Below, in pieces: positions 50,840 through 63,912 of a DNA stretch of 64,000 bases. A program made the translations under genes and the position numbers. Below the pieces are notes generated by a model that was not told the DNA's origin, did not search any database, and saw nothing but the letters and a program-made list of their open reading frames with translations. How positions within the stretch are numbered: the first letter of the stretch is position 1; each line of letters opens with the position of its first letter. Source of the DNA: Sphyrna mokarran (taxonomy: Eukaryota); contig JAGIQG010000015.1 of the NCBI GenBank assembly GCA_024679065.1, forward strand, positions 33,976,001 to 34,040,000, written 5' to 3'.

Positions 50840-52428
50840 AAAGTTTAACTTTATTTATTAGCGTCACAAGTAGGTTTACATTAACACTGCAATGCGGTTA
50901 CTGTGAAAATCCTCCTAGTCGCCACATTCTGGCAGCTCTTCCGGATTTAATCCGGATAAATGCGAGGTGATGCATTTTGGCCGGAATAATGTAGAGGGGA
51001 GTTATAGGATAAAAGGTAAAACTATCCAGAGTATAAGAGATGCAGAGAGACCTGGGGGTGCAAGTTCACAAGTCTCTGAAGGTGTCAGTACAGGTGGAGA
51101 ATGTGGTAAAAAAAGCATATGGTATGTTAGCCTTCATAGGAAGGGGTATAGAATACAAGAGTAGGAGTCTGATGTTGCAGGTGTATAGAACGTTGGTTAG
51201 GCCTCATCTGGAGTACTGCGTCCAGTTCTGGTCGCCGTACTACAGGAAGGATGTAGAGGCCCTGGAGAGAGTGCAGAGGAGATTTACCAGGATGCTGCCT
51301 GGTATGGAAGGGCTGTCTTACGAGGAAAGATTGAAAACACTGGGGTTGTTTTCCCTTGAAAGACGTCGGCTGAGAGGGGATCTTTTAGAGGTATATAAGA
51401 TTATGAGGGGTATAGATAGAGTAAATGGTGGTAAGCTTTTTCCACCATTAGAAATGGATAGAACGAGGGGTCACGGGCTCAGGGTGAGGGGGGCTACGTA
51501 TAAGACGAATATTAGAGGCCAGTTTTTCACACAAAGGGTAGTGGGGGTGTGGAATGCACTGCCGAGTAAGGTGGTGGGAGCAGGCACGCTAGGGTTGTTT
51601 AAGGGTCTCTTGGACAGCCACATGAGCGGTCTGCAGATAGAGGGATATAGCAGGACTGTTTGAATATCGGGAGGACCAAATAGTAGTAGACTATCTTTTA
51701 GTTTCGTCTCAGGAATGTCTTAGTTTTTTTTAGCATGTTTAATTAAGTCTTATTTGTTTCCGCAGGCAATTCAGTCCACCTTGTTGACCAACAAGGGGCA
51801 TGCATGCGGCATGTCATGCGAGAGCTGCTCTTGGAGGTTGCTTCAGGAGTTGCCTAGTGCTTCACGTCGTCAGTGTATGCTTAAACTGGACCATCTGATG
51901 GGCAACATGACAGCTCAGAGACTATCACTGTTGCTGTGCTGACACATGGATTTGGGCCTGTGTCTGCAGGAGTTCGCGGGTTCTCCCCGTGGTTGCGTGG
52001 GTTTCCTCCGGGTGCTCCGGTTTCCTCCCACATCCCAAAAATGTGCTCTTAGGCTGGTTGGGTAACAAATTGTCTCTATATTGGTCCCTATATGGGAATC
52101 TTCAACAATAGGCATAGCCTAAAGTCAAGGATATGTCATTAAGATGTTAGGACGGCGGCGTGGGCTCGTTGGGCCGAAGGGCCTGTTTCCTGTGCTGTGT
52201 TGCTCTTTGTTCTTTGTTCTTCAGGTCCGCTGAGGGAGAATTTAGCATGGTCAATACAAACTAACCAGCATGTCTTCCAGACAGTGGGGGGAAACCAGAG
52301 CAACCAAAGGAAACCCACACAGACACAGGGAGAACGTGCAAACTCTGTGCAGACAGCAGCCCAAGCCAGGAATTGAATCCGGGTCCCTGGCACTGTGAGG
52401 CAGCAGGAGTAACCACTGTGCCACCCGG
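50840..52428 (-). mobile_element. V-SINE (Rex1-like tail) split by a LINE insertion: 50840-50941 plus 52220-52428
   Basis: the halves rejoin as gccacattctggcagctc|ttcaggtccgctgagggagaatttagc, matching the intact copy at 15880-15930. Confidence 0.85.
50942..52219 (+). mobile_element. young 5'-truncated CR1/HER1-like LINE with a long V-domain-containing 3'UTR
   Basis: FNPDKCEVMHFG, one frameshift near 51035, then an open 207-aa ORF (RPHLEYCVQFWSP, LERRRLRGDL) to TGA 51663; UTR ends (ctttgtt)n. Confidence 0.92.
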
Positions 52429-52449
52429 ACTTTGTTTTGGTAAATCTCT

Positions 52450-54355
52450 GGTGCCATACTAATGCCAAAAAGCAATCACTTGTAGTGGTAAAATCTACAA
52501 TGAGTGATAAAAGTGGCAATTTTCCTTGAATCAGGTTGAGGCTCCAGCTGGTAGCATCCCCACTTAAAAGTCTCATTTGGAAAATACCTTGGTTGGTGTC
52601 AGCTCTTTAAACATTGGTCCCAGAGTGGGAATTGGGTGACGTTCTCTCACTATCACTTCATTCACCTGTTGCATGTCAGCACGGAGTTTAATGTCACCAT
52701 TTGGTTTAGGCATGACCACAACAGGGTCCACCCACAGTGTTGGTGCTTTAACTGGCTCAACGATGCCTCGATCAATCAGTTCCTCGAACCTTGCTTCCGC
52801 TGTTCCTCTCAGACGAAACATGTTCTGTGTGTAGGCTGAGCTCTGGGCTTCATGTTCTTGTCAATGGTTAATCTCACTTCATTGTTGTGTAACTTCCCAT
52901 TTCCTTGAATCACTGGTCTAAACGCCTGCCTGAGCTTTATATAGGGTTTCAGAGAATGCACTTTCAATCTGATGTGTAACTGCCCCCACTCCGACACCTA
53001 CTCCCTTTCCCACACCCTCCAACACTTGGGCAGCTTCCCTGCTTAGTAGAAGCTTGCCATCTTCCTCAATCACTACAGATTCCGCTTCTTTTTTCCAAAT
53101 CCCAGCTCTCATTTCTGCAAAGAAGCATCCAATAGTTTGAAGAGGGTGTTAGATATGTAAAAATAAAGCTTTGTGGCACATTTTTGAGGTGAGTTCATTG
53201 TCTTCTGTTGCTCCCACAGTGCTCTCTCAGTGACATTACAGTCACTGCCTGAATTTACAATCCTGCTCACTTCACCAATCACTGGACCTTTCTCGTGGTA
53301 GACAGAAAACACATATCCCCGATTGCTATTTGTGTCCTCATTCTCTGTATTCTCTTCGACTCATCTCACAATTGTGCTACTTTCATCTCTCCTTTGCGTG
53401 GTTTGACAGGTTTCCCCCCATTCAGGCTTTACTATTGCACTCCTTGGCAAAACGTTTGCTCTTTACCCACACCTTTTTCAAACATATCCCTCACGGTAGG
53501 GCAGCAGGTATCTTTTCCAAGGTTCCCAAATTATCACATTTTAAACACTCACTCTCAGAATTTCGCTGCTTACACTTCTGGATTCTGCTGCGCTATTCCG
53601 TCAACTTCGACTTTTATCTTGCCAATAGCAGAGATGGGAACCAGTGAAATTTCATGCTGTGAAATTATCCGTCTGCTGCCTCCAATACAGCTGCTATTTT
53701 CAAAACATCATCCAACATTAAGTTACCTCTTTCCAATGGCTTGCACTCCAACTTGCAACGTTGGAGTGCCTGATCCATTATCTAGTTATTCAAATTTGTT
53801 GCAAAATAGTTACATCCCTCCAACGTCTGGACCTCAAAACGGGTCACAAATTCAGTTTCTGTTCCCTTCTGTCTAATTGACAGAAACACGCCTTTGGAAT
53901 GTGATGTTTAGCGTTGCCATGTAATCCTTCAAAAGATTTCACCACACATTCATAATCCACCTCACCTCCTGCCTCAAGCAACATCTTGAAGATTTCCCTC
54001 AGCATCTGAGCAACAATAAGGACCACTGCTGGGCTTTATGCTGGGCACATACCTCAGACTCCTCCAGCCATGTTTTCCAGTTCACATTGACAGTACTGGC
54101 AGCATCCACCAGATCAAACATCTCAATTCCCCAGGTGGCAGACACTACCTGCTCCAGCAAACACCCACGACAGAATCCTAAATATCTCAGTATTCATCCC
54201 TGTCACCAATGTCATATCTCAGGCTAAAGGAATAACATTCAGAGTCACAAATTTAGCTACAAGGGTCACTTTGCTTAATCTGCCATGTTGGCTAACTCCT
54301 GGCCATGTAGTAAGTGATGCTGGTTGACCTGCATCAGTACGCAACGTTTGCTACA
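52450..54355 (-). mobile_element. decayed Ty3/Gypsy LTR retrotransposon (5' LTR, gag, protease, start of RT)
   Basis: LTR TG(54355)...CA(54210) followed by PBS-like tggtgacag; RT start LIDRGIVEPV..WVDPVVVMPKPNGDIKL.ADMQQVN..RERHPIP; many stops. Confidence 0.8.
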
Positions 54356-54404
54356 GTATCCAAGTACTCAAAGGCATTTGGTTACCTTTATGACAATTAC
54401 TGCA

Positions 54405-54860
54405 CATTTGAGAAAAGTACAATCTAATCAAGGGCAGTCAACACAGATTTGTAAACGGTGTGTCATGCTTAATTATTTCCATTGAATTCTTGAAAAAATT
54501 AGAGTATAAACAAAGAATGCACTGAATTTAGATTTTCAAAAACTGTTTGGCAAGGTGCCACAAAAGGGACTTGTTGCATAAATTAAAGTTAATGATATTC
54601 AAGGATAAAGGAATGGCTGAAGGATAAAAAGCAAAGGCTACGATTAAATGAATGCTTTTGTACTGCCAAAACGTACAGGGGCGTGCCCACAGATGTATGT
54701 TGGGACTTCTCTTGTTCGCAGATAAACAAATGACTTGCATAACGGCAATAATGATATTCAATTTCACTCATCTTAAACTGTGGGAAAAATTGCAGGAGAT
54801 CACAAGATGTGTCAGGCAGAGGAGGGAAGTTGGCAGATGAGTGTCAAATACAATTCAATG
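54405..54860 (+). mobile_element. very old CR1 RT fragment
   Basis: LDFQ(K).FGKVP(H)K and LFAD remnants. Confidence 0.55.
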
Positions 54861-54914
54861 CACGTAAGCAGAGCCCATACTTATCCAGCGGTGAGCGTGG
54901 GGCTAAGACTATTT

Positions 54915-55560
54915 CTCCCCAATGCCTCTCCCCCCCACCCCACTCATTATTCTGTCTACTACTGCGCCCACCCTGACTACCCCCACATCACTGATTACCC
55001 TCGCGCCCAATGCTCCTGCATACCACCCCAAATATCTCCCTCAAACTATAACTATCCCCTGACCCCGTCACCCACCCACCCACCCCAACTATCTGCCCAG
55101 TCCCTTATCTAACCCGCCCAACCATTACCAACCCCCCTCCCGATTATCACCCATCTCCTCATCTCAACTATTTGCCCACTCCCCTACCAACCCTTTTTGA
55201 CTATCCCCCGACCCCCTCAACCATCCTTCGACTATCTGCCCAGTCCCTTACCCAACCCTCCGAGTATTCCCCACCCTCTCCTCCTGACAATCCCCCACCC
55301 ACTCATCCTGATGACCTGCCCACTCCTTTACCCAACCCTTCCCAACTATTCTCCCCACCTACTTACTTACATCTTGACTATCATCTGATCTTTTTGCCAA
55401 TCTGCCAATCCCACGTCCACCTCCTCACCCCCTTGACTATCTTCCCCACCTCCTTACCCACTTCTGACTATCCCAACTCAACTATCCCTCCATTGACTAC
55501 AGCCCCCTTCCTCCCCTCCGTTTACCCCTCACCTACCTCTCTAAGGCCCCAAAGCTCTGG
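54915..55560 (+). repeat. C-rich degenerate tandem repeat (cccc.gactatc units)
   Basis: recurrent gactatc/ctatctgcccagtccctta with very few G on +. Confidence 0.8.
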
Positions 55561-57594
55561 AAATCCTACCCTACATATCATCTCTGTGAGCAATATTTGA
55601 CCATCTGGTTGACTATCTCCTCGTGACACTGTGTCAAATTTTATTCCATATGCTTCTGTAAAGCCCTTTGGGAAATTGTTTTCTATAAATAAGGGGGATG
55701 ATTATGGGGTAGCAGTGCTATTTGTCCTTCCTTTCCAACACCTATGACTTTGAATGATAATATTTGAATAAATGTCACTGTGCATCTTGGCCACACCAAG
55801 ACCAATGGAAGGTCGTCATGTCCCTTAAAGAGGGTGGAAGCTGGTTTTAACAGCAAGTGGCATCTGGCTTAATGAGGATTGGAAATAGACATATTACTAC
55901 GGGAGGACGGAACAAAAAAAAGGGCTATGGTAGCAAATACAACAAAACTTGAAAAGATCCATACAAAAAAGGAAGAAAAACATTAAAATGACTGTATATT
56001 AAAATAAGATGAAATATGCCTTTCAGTTTATTTATGAACTATACACACAGTTGACAGAAGGAAATAAAGGAAGATTGATATCTTACTTCAACTACAAAAT
56101 CAATCTCTTTCCTCGCTTGCAGGTTTGCAGTTTGCTGATGTGGCAGTCTACAGATGCAAACAAGATTAACAAGAATTCTATCTACTAACAACCATTACAA
56201 ATCAAGAGTGTCATACAGGAAGTCCTTGTCGCATGGAACAATATGCTGCCTAATTAGCCATTTCTATCATTACAACCACATTATTAGATCATAGGCTAAC
56301 TTCAAGACTTTGGTTAACAAGAACCACACATGCTGCACGAACACCAATATGCTGATTCAAAACAGCACTCAACACACGGTTATTTTGCTGTACACCGACA
56401 GTTAAGAATAACCAATTTTTTTCTAGTATTGTCACCAGCTCTGCAATGATCAGGACAAAGCACACAAGGTACAAACAATATCCATTTAAGGCAACGACTT
56501 TCAAACTTTTCCAAGAAGGGTCCCAAGCTAACACACTCCCAGGGGCCTGCTTCTGGGAATCCTTCTATTTTTAACATAATCAAAGAGCCCACGTCACAGG
56601 TACACATCACACAGTCCCTGAGTACTCATTCAATTTTCCCTGATGGAGTGCTGTTTAGCTCCCTTTCTTTTTCCAACTCTTAGCCTCAAAACTGTCCTTC
56701 ACAGTGTTGTTTTTTTTTTCCCAGCTGACTAGCAAAAGCTAAGCAAAGCTGCCAACATCATTTCAAACCCTCATGAAATTAATCTTTTTCAATCCAAGTG
56801 CAAGCTCCCAACTGGGTGGTGAAGCATAAAGGCTTCTGGCCTTCAGCTGCTCCCTCTTTCCCAGATCCCGGCAGACTACTTGAGAGTTTCAGGATTATGT
56901 TAGAAACATTTCCATCTCAAAGTTCACTTTAATGGCAATATGAATCACACAGGCCTTGTATCCAGGTAGAAATGTTGCTTAACTACTCTTGACACCACAA
57001 CCCTTTTTAATCCTGAAGCATAACTACTTACAATCCAACATTCTCAACACCACCCTGGGACTTGAGACCAGCAGTATACCCATTGTAAACATAGATGCTG
57101 CTGCCATTGCCTTCAAGTGTGAATACCTTATAGCTTTGTTCCAGCAAAAATAATTCGGGCCTTCCTTTAATTTTCAACGGCCATGTCACCCAGTCGGTTG
57201 CCAGGTAGACTTTAGAACAGGTCACATGACTTTTCATTTTACCTTAAATTTAGAGACAAAATCCCAAAACATAACAATCTTATAAGTCTCACAATTGTAA
57301 CACCTGTAAGCCACCAGAAATACCTCTTGCTCCTGTACCACGTAAGCCGAGGCTGTCACACAGTGTCACATACTTTCAGAATGTTGCGATCGGTAAATGA
57401 GAGAGTATTTTTTAATAGAATTGAGATCGTCAGATAGAATTTGCCTTTTGATGAAATTAATACAAACAAATTGACCTGTGGACAGCTTCATTCAGTGATC
57501 TGTTTTTCTTTGGATATTTTAGTTTTTTTTTAAATTTTACATTTTCAAATACTGAGGAGGGAAAGACGAGAATGAAAGATTAGGTCATACGTAC

Positions 57595-57723
57595 GTGCTA
57601 CGGAGAAGTTATTCAGAGGTGTCTCTAGTTGGTCTACATCTTGTGGCCTCTCTTTATAACCAATAAACGTACCGTCAGTCTTCAACAAAAAATACCTGGG
57701 CCTCCATGTTTTTATGTATTCTC
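57595..57723 (-). CDS. AKT1: AKT1 second coding exon (PH domain)
   Basis: (G)[42 protein letters not shown]; 129 nt; the ATG exon is outside the window. Confidence 0.97.
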
Positions 57724-57919
57724 CTGGAAATACAGAGAAGCAGAATCATAATGAATATCAACCACAAAGAATATGCTCAAAACAGGCAATCCTTGAATCT
57801 CCATGGTTTGACTTGCACAGATATCAGAGATATTTTAAAATATGTACAATGGCCTCAAATCCACAGCTTATGAGGGTCTGAGAAAGGCCTTCACAATTTT
57901 CTCTAGTAAACCAACTAAA

Positions 57920-58266
57920 TATAGAATCATAGAACCTACAGTGCAGAAAGAGGCCCTTCGGCCCATGAAGTCTGCACCAGACACAATCCTTCCCAGGCCT
58001 TACCCCCATATCCCCACACATTATACCCACTAATCCCTCGAACCTACACATCCCTGGACATAAGGGGCAATTTCTTAGCATGGCCAATCATCCTAACCCG
58101 CACATCTTTGGACTGTGGGAGGAAACTGGAGTACTTGGGGGAAACCCACACAGACACAAGGAGAATATGCTAACTCCACACAGACAGTGACCAGAGCCAG
58201 GAATTGAAGTCAGGACCCTGGAGCTGTGAAGCAGCAGTGCTAACCACTGTGCTATCATGCTACCCT
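57920..58266 (-). mobile_element. HE1-like V-SINE
   Basis: complete copy with catagaa tail. Confidence 0.9.
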
Positions 58267-58667
58267 AACATCGCGGGGATCAGAGAGGCCTGCCATTTAA
58301 ATAGAATTGTGGGCTGGGACACATCAGGAACTCTCTTCACAAGAAGAACAGAAATCCCTGAATAAGGATCTTGACCACATTATAACAATTAAATAAAATC
58401 TTATTCTTCAAGACTCCAGGCCAGAACAGTGACCAACGCATTAATCCATCCTTAAATGAAGTAGAGCTACTATGTTTAGTTCCTATATAGTTCGTTCAAA
58501 CTTAATTCAGTAACAGTTGCTTAATTTTAGTATCTCACAATGCAGTAAGTTTTGGAAAATAAATCTTTCGAACACATCATGAATAGTCTCGATAAACATC
58601 CTCCTAAATTAATCAGGTTAGTGGCCTTGTAACTTTCCATTTCTAAATGATTGAATCCCATTTTAGT

Positions 58668-58963
58668 AGCATAGTGGCATAATGGTTAACACTGCTGCCA
58701 CACAACACCAGGGATCGATTCCAGCCCTGGTCGATTGTCTGTTTGCACATTCTACTAGCGTCTGCCTGGGTTTCCTCTTGGTGCTCCAGTTTCCTCCTGC
58801 AGTCCAAAGATGAGGAGATTAGGTGGATTGGCCATGCTAAATTGCCCCTTAATGACCCAAGAAGTATAGGTTATGGGGACCTAGTGGGATAAATACATGG
58901 GGTTACAGAGATAGAGCCTGGGTAAGATGCTCTGTCTGAGAGTTGATACAGACTATGATTCTA
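58668..58963 (+). mobile_element. HE1-like V-SINE
   Basis: head, V-domain and tail, inverted to 57920 copy. Confidence 0.85.
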
Positions 58964-59095
58964 CCAATTTAAATTCCGTTAGCTAAAAACGGCATCCAAT
59001 ATTTCACTGACATCTGACGTAACCACATAAAAATGGTCAGTCACTAGACTTTACAGCATAAACAAACGGCTGCAGAGAATACAAGATGCATTTTA

Positions 59096-59109
59096 ACACA
59101 CACACACAC

Positions 59110-59143
<34 letters not shown>
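59096..59143. repeat. (AC)n followed by C33 homopolymer
   Basis: directly visible. Confidence 0.9.
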
Positions 59144-59144
<1 letters not shown>

Positions 59145-59887
59145 CGAGCACAACACCATCCTTCCATATTTGAAAGGAAGATTTATCCTCTCTCCTCAAT
59201 GGCAAGGGTATGTAAGTGACATTCCAAGTCCCTGCCATCGTCACACTCAGGCTGGCCATTATAAAAGTACAGGTCTGTGCTCACTCACTATCGTTCTCCC
59301 CTTTCCCTTCCATTTCAGGAAATGAATGGTCTCCAGATGGTAGCCTGTTACATGGGTGTAATACTGCACTCTAGCCACTCTGTGGCACAGCATGTTAGAA
59401 CATCAATGCACTCCATCAATGCCATCGCGCAAATATTAAACATAACTTCATATTGACTACCGGTTTGATTATTTTTAAAAAGTACGTGTGTTGAGTTTAG
59501 ACGTTCCCAAAATTAGGTCCCAGCAAATTCACAACTTCATGGTAAAGTGTCAGATTCCCCAGGCCCCAGTACAAGAAGCAGCTTCAGGCTTTTTAAACGC
59601 TGCTGTTAGGCCATCTGTAATTATTAATACAGTACTATTCAGCAGCAAAACGATTTGTCATTACAGAAAGAGAGTTAATTCTCGAGGGCACCTTCATTCA
59701 CAAACAGCGCAGTTGATACACCACTCCTTCAATCACAGCCAGATGTCCCACCATTACTTTAATGTAGTGAGCCAACTGTAAAAGTGAAGGATGTGCATCA
59801 ACAACAGATATTTCTTGAAAGTAATTCCTCTACTGAACCTACTCATTCTTAGCAGTGAGTGTTACTGTATGCGCACGCTTGTGTGCG

Positions 59888-60160
59888 TGTCCCCACGCAC
59901 CCCAGACATACTCTTTTCCACCTTCTTCCTTCGGGAAAAAGATACAAAAGTCTGAAAACATGTGTTAATCGACTCAAACTGCTTCTTCTCTGCTATCATC
60001 AGACTTTTGAATGGACCGACCTTGCATTATGTCGAGCTTTCTCTACATCCTCGTTATGGCTGTAACATTCTGCACTCTTTCTTATGAATGGTATGCTTTG
60101 TCTGTATGGCACACAAGAAACAATATTTTTCACTGTATACCAATAATAAATCAAATCCAA
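59888..60160 (+). mobile_element. Rex1/Babar 3' end
   Basis: PTHPRHTLFHLLPSGKRYKSLK peptide, tail aataaatcaaatc. Confidence 0.8.
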
Positions 60161-60910
60161 ATACTGACAAGAAGTGTATTTATTATTTATCCCTCACAGA
60201 CCTGAGAAGACAGTGGGTCTTCATACAACCGACAGGCTTGCTAGGCCACGTCTGAGGGCAATGAAACTTCAGCCATGTTGGTGTGAAACTGGAGTCATTG
60301 ACAAGTCAGACAGGGTGAGGACAGCAGATTTCCTTTCTTAATAAGGACACAAGTGGCCTCTGGGCTTTTATTGACCATCCAACCGATTTCTGGTCATTTT
60401 TGCTGATATCAACGTTTTAAAATCAGTAAATCCATTAAAAAAAAATAAAGATTTTTTTTAATCTTAAAAAAATCCATTAAAGAAATAAAATCCTCAAACT
60501 GTCATTGCAGAATTTGAACTTGTGTTTAACGCCCAGTAATACAAGTTCTGCACCACCATAGTGCCATTATTTAAAGGATATACCAAGGGAAGGCAAGGCA
60601 TCTCCTCCAGGGAAAGGTGTATAGATACGGAGCAGTCTGGCAGCAGGTGGACTGGCCATGCTAAAACTGTCCCTTGGTGTCCCAAGATATGAAGGTTAGG
60701 GAGATTAGCAAGACAAATACATAGGGTTAGGAGGTGGGGTAGGGTCTGGGTGGAATGCTCTGTTGGAAAGTTAATGCAGACTCGATGGACCGAGTGGCTT
60801 CTGCCTGCACTGTGGGGACTGTAGGTGTTTCCTGCACAAATCCCAAAAGCTGACACTGGCATCCGTTTGAGAACTGTTAGAAATACCTTCTCAGTTGGTT
60901 TAGTCAATGG

Positions 60911-61843
60911 TGTAATGAAAAGATAATTATCGCAACTTACTGATGGGGATGGAAATAGATATAGAAAGATATGACTTGCATTTATACAGCAGCTTCATGA
61001 CCACAGGATGGCCCAGCACGCTTAACAGCCAATTAAATATTTTTTGGGGGGCTATAGTCACTATTGTAACACAGTAGTCATGGGCAGGGAAGAGAAAGTA
61101 ATTGAAAACGTGGACAGAAAGTAAATGTGCACACAAAAACACACTGATGGGAAACCAAAGAAATTAAAACATCAAGAAATAAATATCGATTGGAAACTAG
61201 AAACATCACTTGACTCTATGTTTTGCGCAATTTATTTTTCATGTTGTGCAGATATTGATTTTTCAAATGCGTGGTTAATAATGCAGCTAAGGACTGGGAA
61301 ATTCTGCAACGCTGCTCAGAACTAATATAACAATTAGAAGGTTATTTTTCTCAGAGATTGGGCAATGTTTTTAAATACATAATCCTGTGTCAAATGACAA
61401 ATTTATAACCACTGTTTATTAATTTGATTTAATTAAGATCATACATCAAGTGTTTCAATCTGCAAAGATACATCAGAAACAATTTCCAGGATAAAGGCAA
61501 AAATGCAGAAAGTGCACAGGTTATTCATCATCTGTACAGAGAAATGACAAGTTTACAATTCAGGAGCATAATAACTCAGTTTCTAAGTTTGATCTTTCAA
61601 ACTGATACGAACCAAGAATAGGGTGAAAATTCAACAAGGTTTTTCAGTTTTTGAAGTGTAATTCAATCGTTGATGTAATAAAATGATAAGTTATCGCAAC
61701 TTACTGATGGGGATGGAAATAGATATAGAAAGATATGACTTGCATTTATACTGCAGCTTCATGACTACAGGATGGCCCAGCACGCTTAACAACCAATTAA
61801 GAATGGTTTTGAACTGTAGTCACTATTATAACACAGTAGTCAT
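60911..61843. repeat. local direct duplication of about 170 bp (60911-61081 and 61674-61843)
   Basis: shared ttatcgcaacttactgatggggatggaaatagatatagaaagatatgacttgcatttata...aacacagtagtcat. Confidence 0.9.
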
Positions 61844-61979
61844 TTTTTGCACAGCAAGGTCACTCAAATAATACATTTATTAGTGACCAGAAAACCTATT
61901 TTAACTGTTAAATATCACTCTTCCTCAAAACAGTGCCATGGGATATTTTACGTCCATTTGAGAAACAGGATATATCCAT

Positions 61980-62660
61980 TGCCCTTTGAGATTCAATGGG
62001 ATCACCATCACTGAATCCCCCACTATTAACATCCTGGAGGTTACCAGTAACCAGAAACAGACTAGACCAGCCATGTAAATACGGTAGCGACAAGTGCAGG
62101 GCCAAGACACGGAGTTCTGCGGCAAGTAACTCACCTCCTGACTCTCCAGAGCCTCTCCACCATCTACAAGGCACATGTCAGGAGTGAGATGGAATGCTCT
62201 TTACTTGCTTTGTTGAGTGTAGTCCGAGAATACACGATGCTCAATATCATCTGAGGACTGGACAACACTCCATCCTTCACCTTCAACATCCACTCCCTCC
62301 GCCACTGGTGCACAGTGGCAGCATTGTTACCATCTAAAATTATGCTGGAGCTACTTGCCAAGTGTCCTTTGACAACATCTTCCAAGCCTGTACCTCATCC
62401 ACTTGAAGGGCAAAGGCAGCATATGCATGGAAACAGTAAATGCACGGAAACAGCTCAAGACACAAGCTACCCTCTAAGTCACAGATTAGCTTGACTTTGA
62501 ATCATACTGCTGTTTCTTCAATGTCACTGGATATCCTGGGACTCCCTATCTAACAGCACACTGGGAATACCTCGGCCACATGGACGGCAATGCTTCAAGA
62601 AGCTGCCTCACTGCCACCATCACAAGGCCAATTAGGGGTGTGTAACAAATGCGAATGAAG
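61980..62660 (+). mobile_element. CR1-Zenon-like LINE 3' part
   Basis: STIYKAHVRSEME remnant, tail ggccaattaggggtgtgtaacaaatgc. Confidence 0.7.
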
Positions 62661-63094
62661 AATGAAAAATAATGGATAGACTCAGTTTAATATCTCTATC
62701 TAATAACAGCACTAGCAAAAAAAGGGCAGCACCCAAAATAGGACATAAAACGGCCTTCAACAACTCCAGGAATGTTTTCGTTGTCTTATTAGTGGAAACA
62801 TCTTTTGTAATTGAAGATTTCACCTAAACAATAGCTGGTTCCTTAGCAGTCATCAACCTCGCCATATCACCCATATGTTCTTTCATCCCACAGTTCCACG
62901 TTTTGGGAGCATGGCCATGTTTAACTGTCTTAATTAACTAAACATGTGTAACAATTAGGATTTAAAGCCCACGTTGTGGAGGTTTTTAAAAAATTGTTCA
63001 TCCCACGTTTATTTTGTTGTTCACAGCTTTGCTTTCAATCATGCACTATAGGAAATTACCTTCCTCATGATGACAAAATTTCAGTGTTTCCAGG

Positions 63095-63912
63095 TAAGGA
63101 AAGTGGAATACAATATGGAAAAGTTGAGGTTATGCACTTTGGAAGGAGAAATGGACACATGGACTATTTTCTAAATGCGGAAAAGCTTAGGAAATCAGAA
63201 ACACAAAGGGATTTTCAAGTCCTTGTTCAAGATTCTCTTACAGTTAACGTGCGGGTTCAGTCAGCAGTTAGGAAGGCAAGTGCAATGTTAGCATTCGTGT
63301 CGAGAGGGTTGGAATACAAGAATAAGGATGTACTTCTGAGGCTGTATAAGGCTCTGGTCAGACCCCATTTGGAATATTGTGAGCAGTTTTGAGCCCGTAT
63401 CTAAGGAAGGATGTGCTGGCCTTGGAAAGAGCACAGAAAAGGTTCAAAAGAATGATTTCTGGAATGAAGAGCTTGTCATATGAGGAACGGTTGAAGACTC
63501 TGAGCCTTGGAGTTTAGAAGGATAAGGGGAGATCTTATGAAACTCACAGGATACTGAGAGACCTGGAAAGAGTGGATGTGGAGAAGCTGTTTCCACTAGT
63601 AGGAAAATCTAGAACCATATGGCACAATCTCATGCTGAAGGGACAATCCTTTAAAATAGAAATGATGAGGAATTTCTTCAGCCAGAGAGTGGTGAATCTG
63701 TGGAATTCTTGGCTGCAGAAGGCTGTGGAGGCCAGGTCATTGAGCATTCTTAAGACTGGGATAGATAGGTTCTTGATTAATAAAGGGATCAGGGGCTATG
63801 GGGAAAAGGCAGGAGAATGGGGATGAGAAAAACATCAGCCATAATTGAATGGCACAGCAGATTCAATGACCGAGTGACCTAATTCTGCTTCTATATCTTA
63901 TGACCTTATGAT
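63095..63912 (+). mobile_element. CR1 LINE RT C-terminus and 3'UTR
   Basis: EVMHFGRRN...LYKALVRPHLEYCEQF, RNFFSQRVVNLWNS; tail cttatgaccttatg. Confidence 0.92.

Noticed and set aside
53295-53876. 193-aa plus-strand ORF
   Set aside because: Antisense to decayed Gypsy gag, with no recognisable domain
55172-55600. Proline-rich 142-aa ORF
   Set aside because: Product of the C-rich low-complexity repeat
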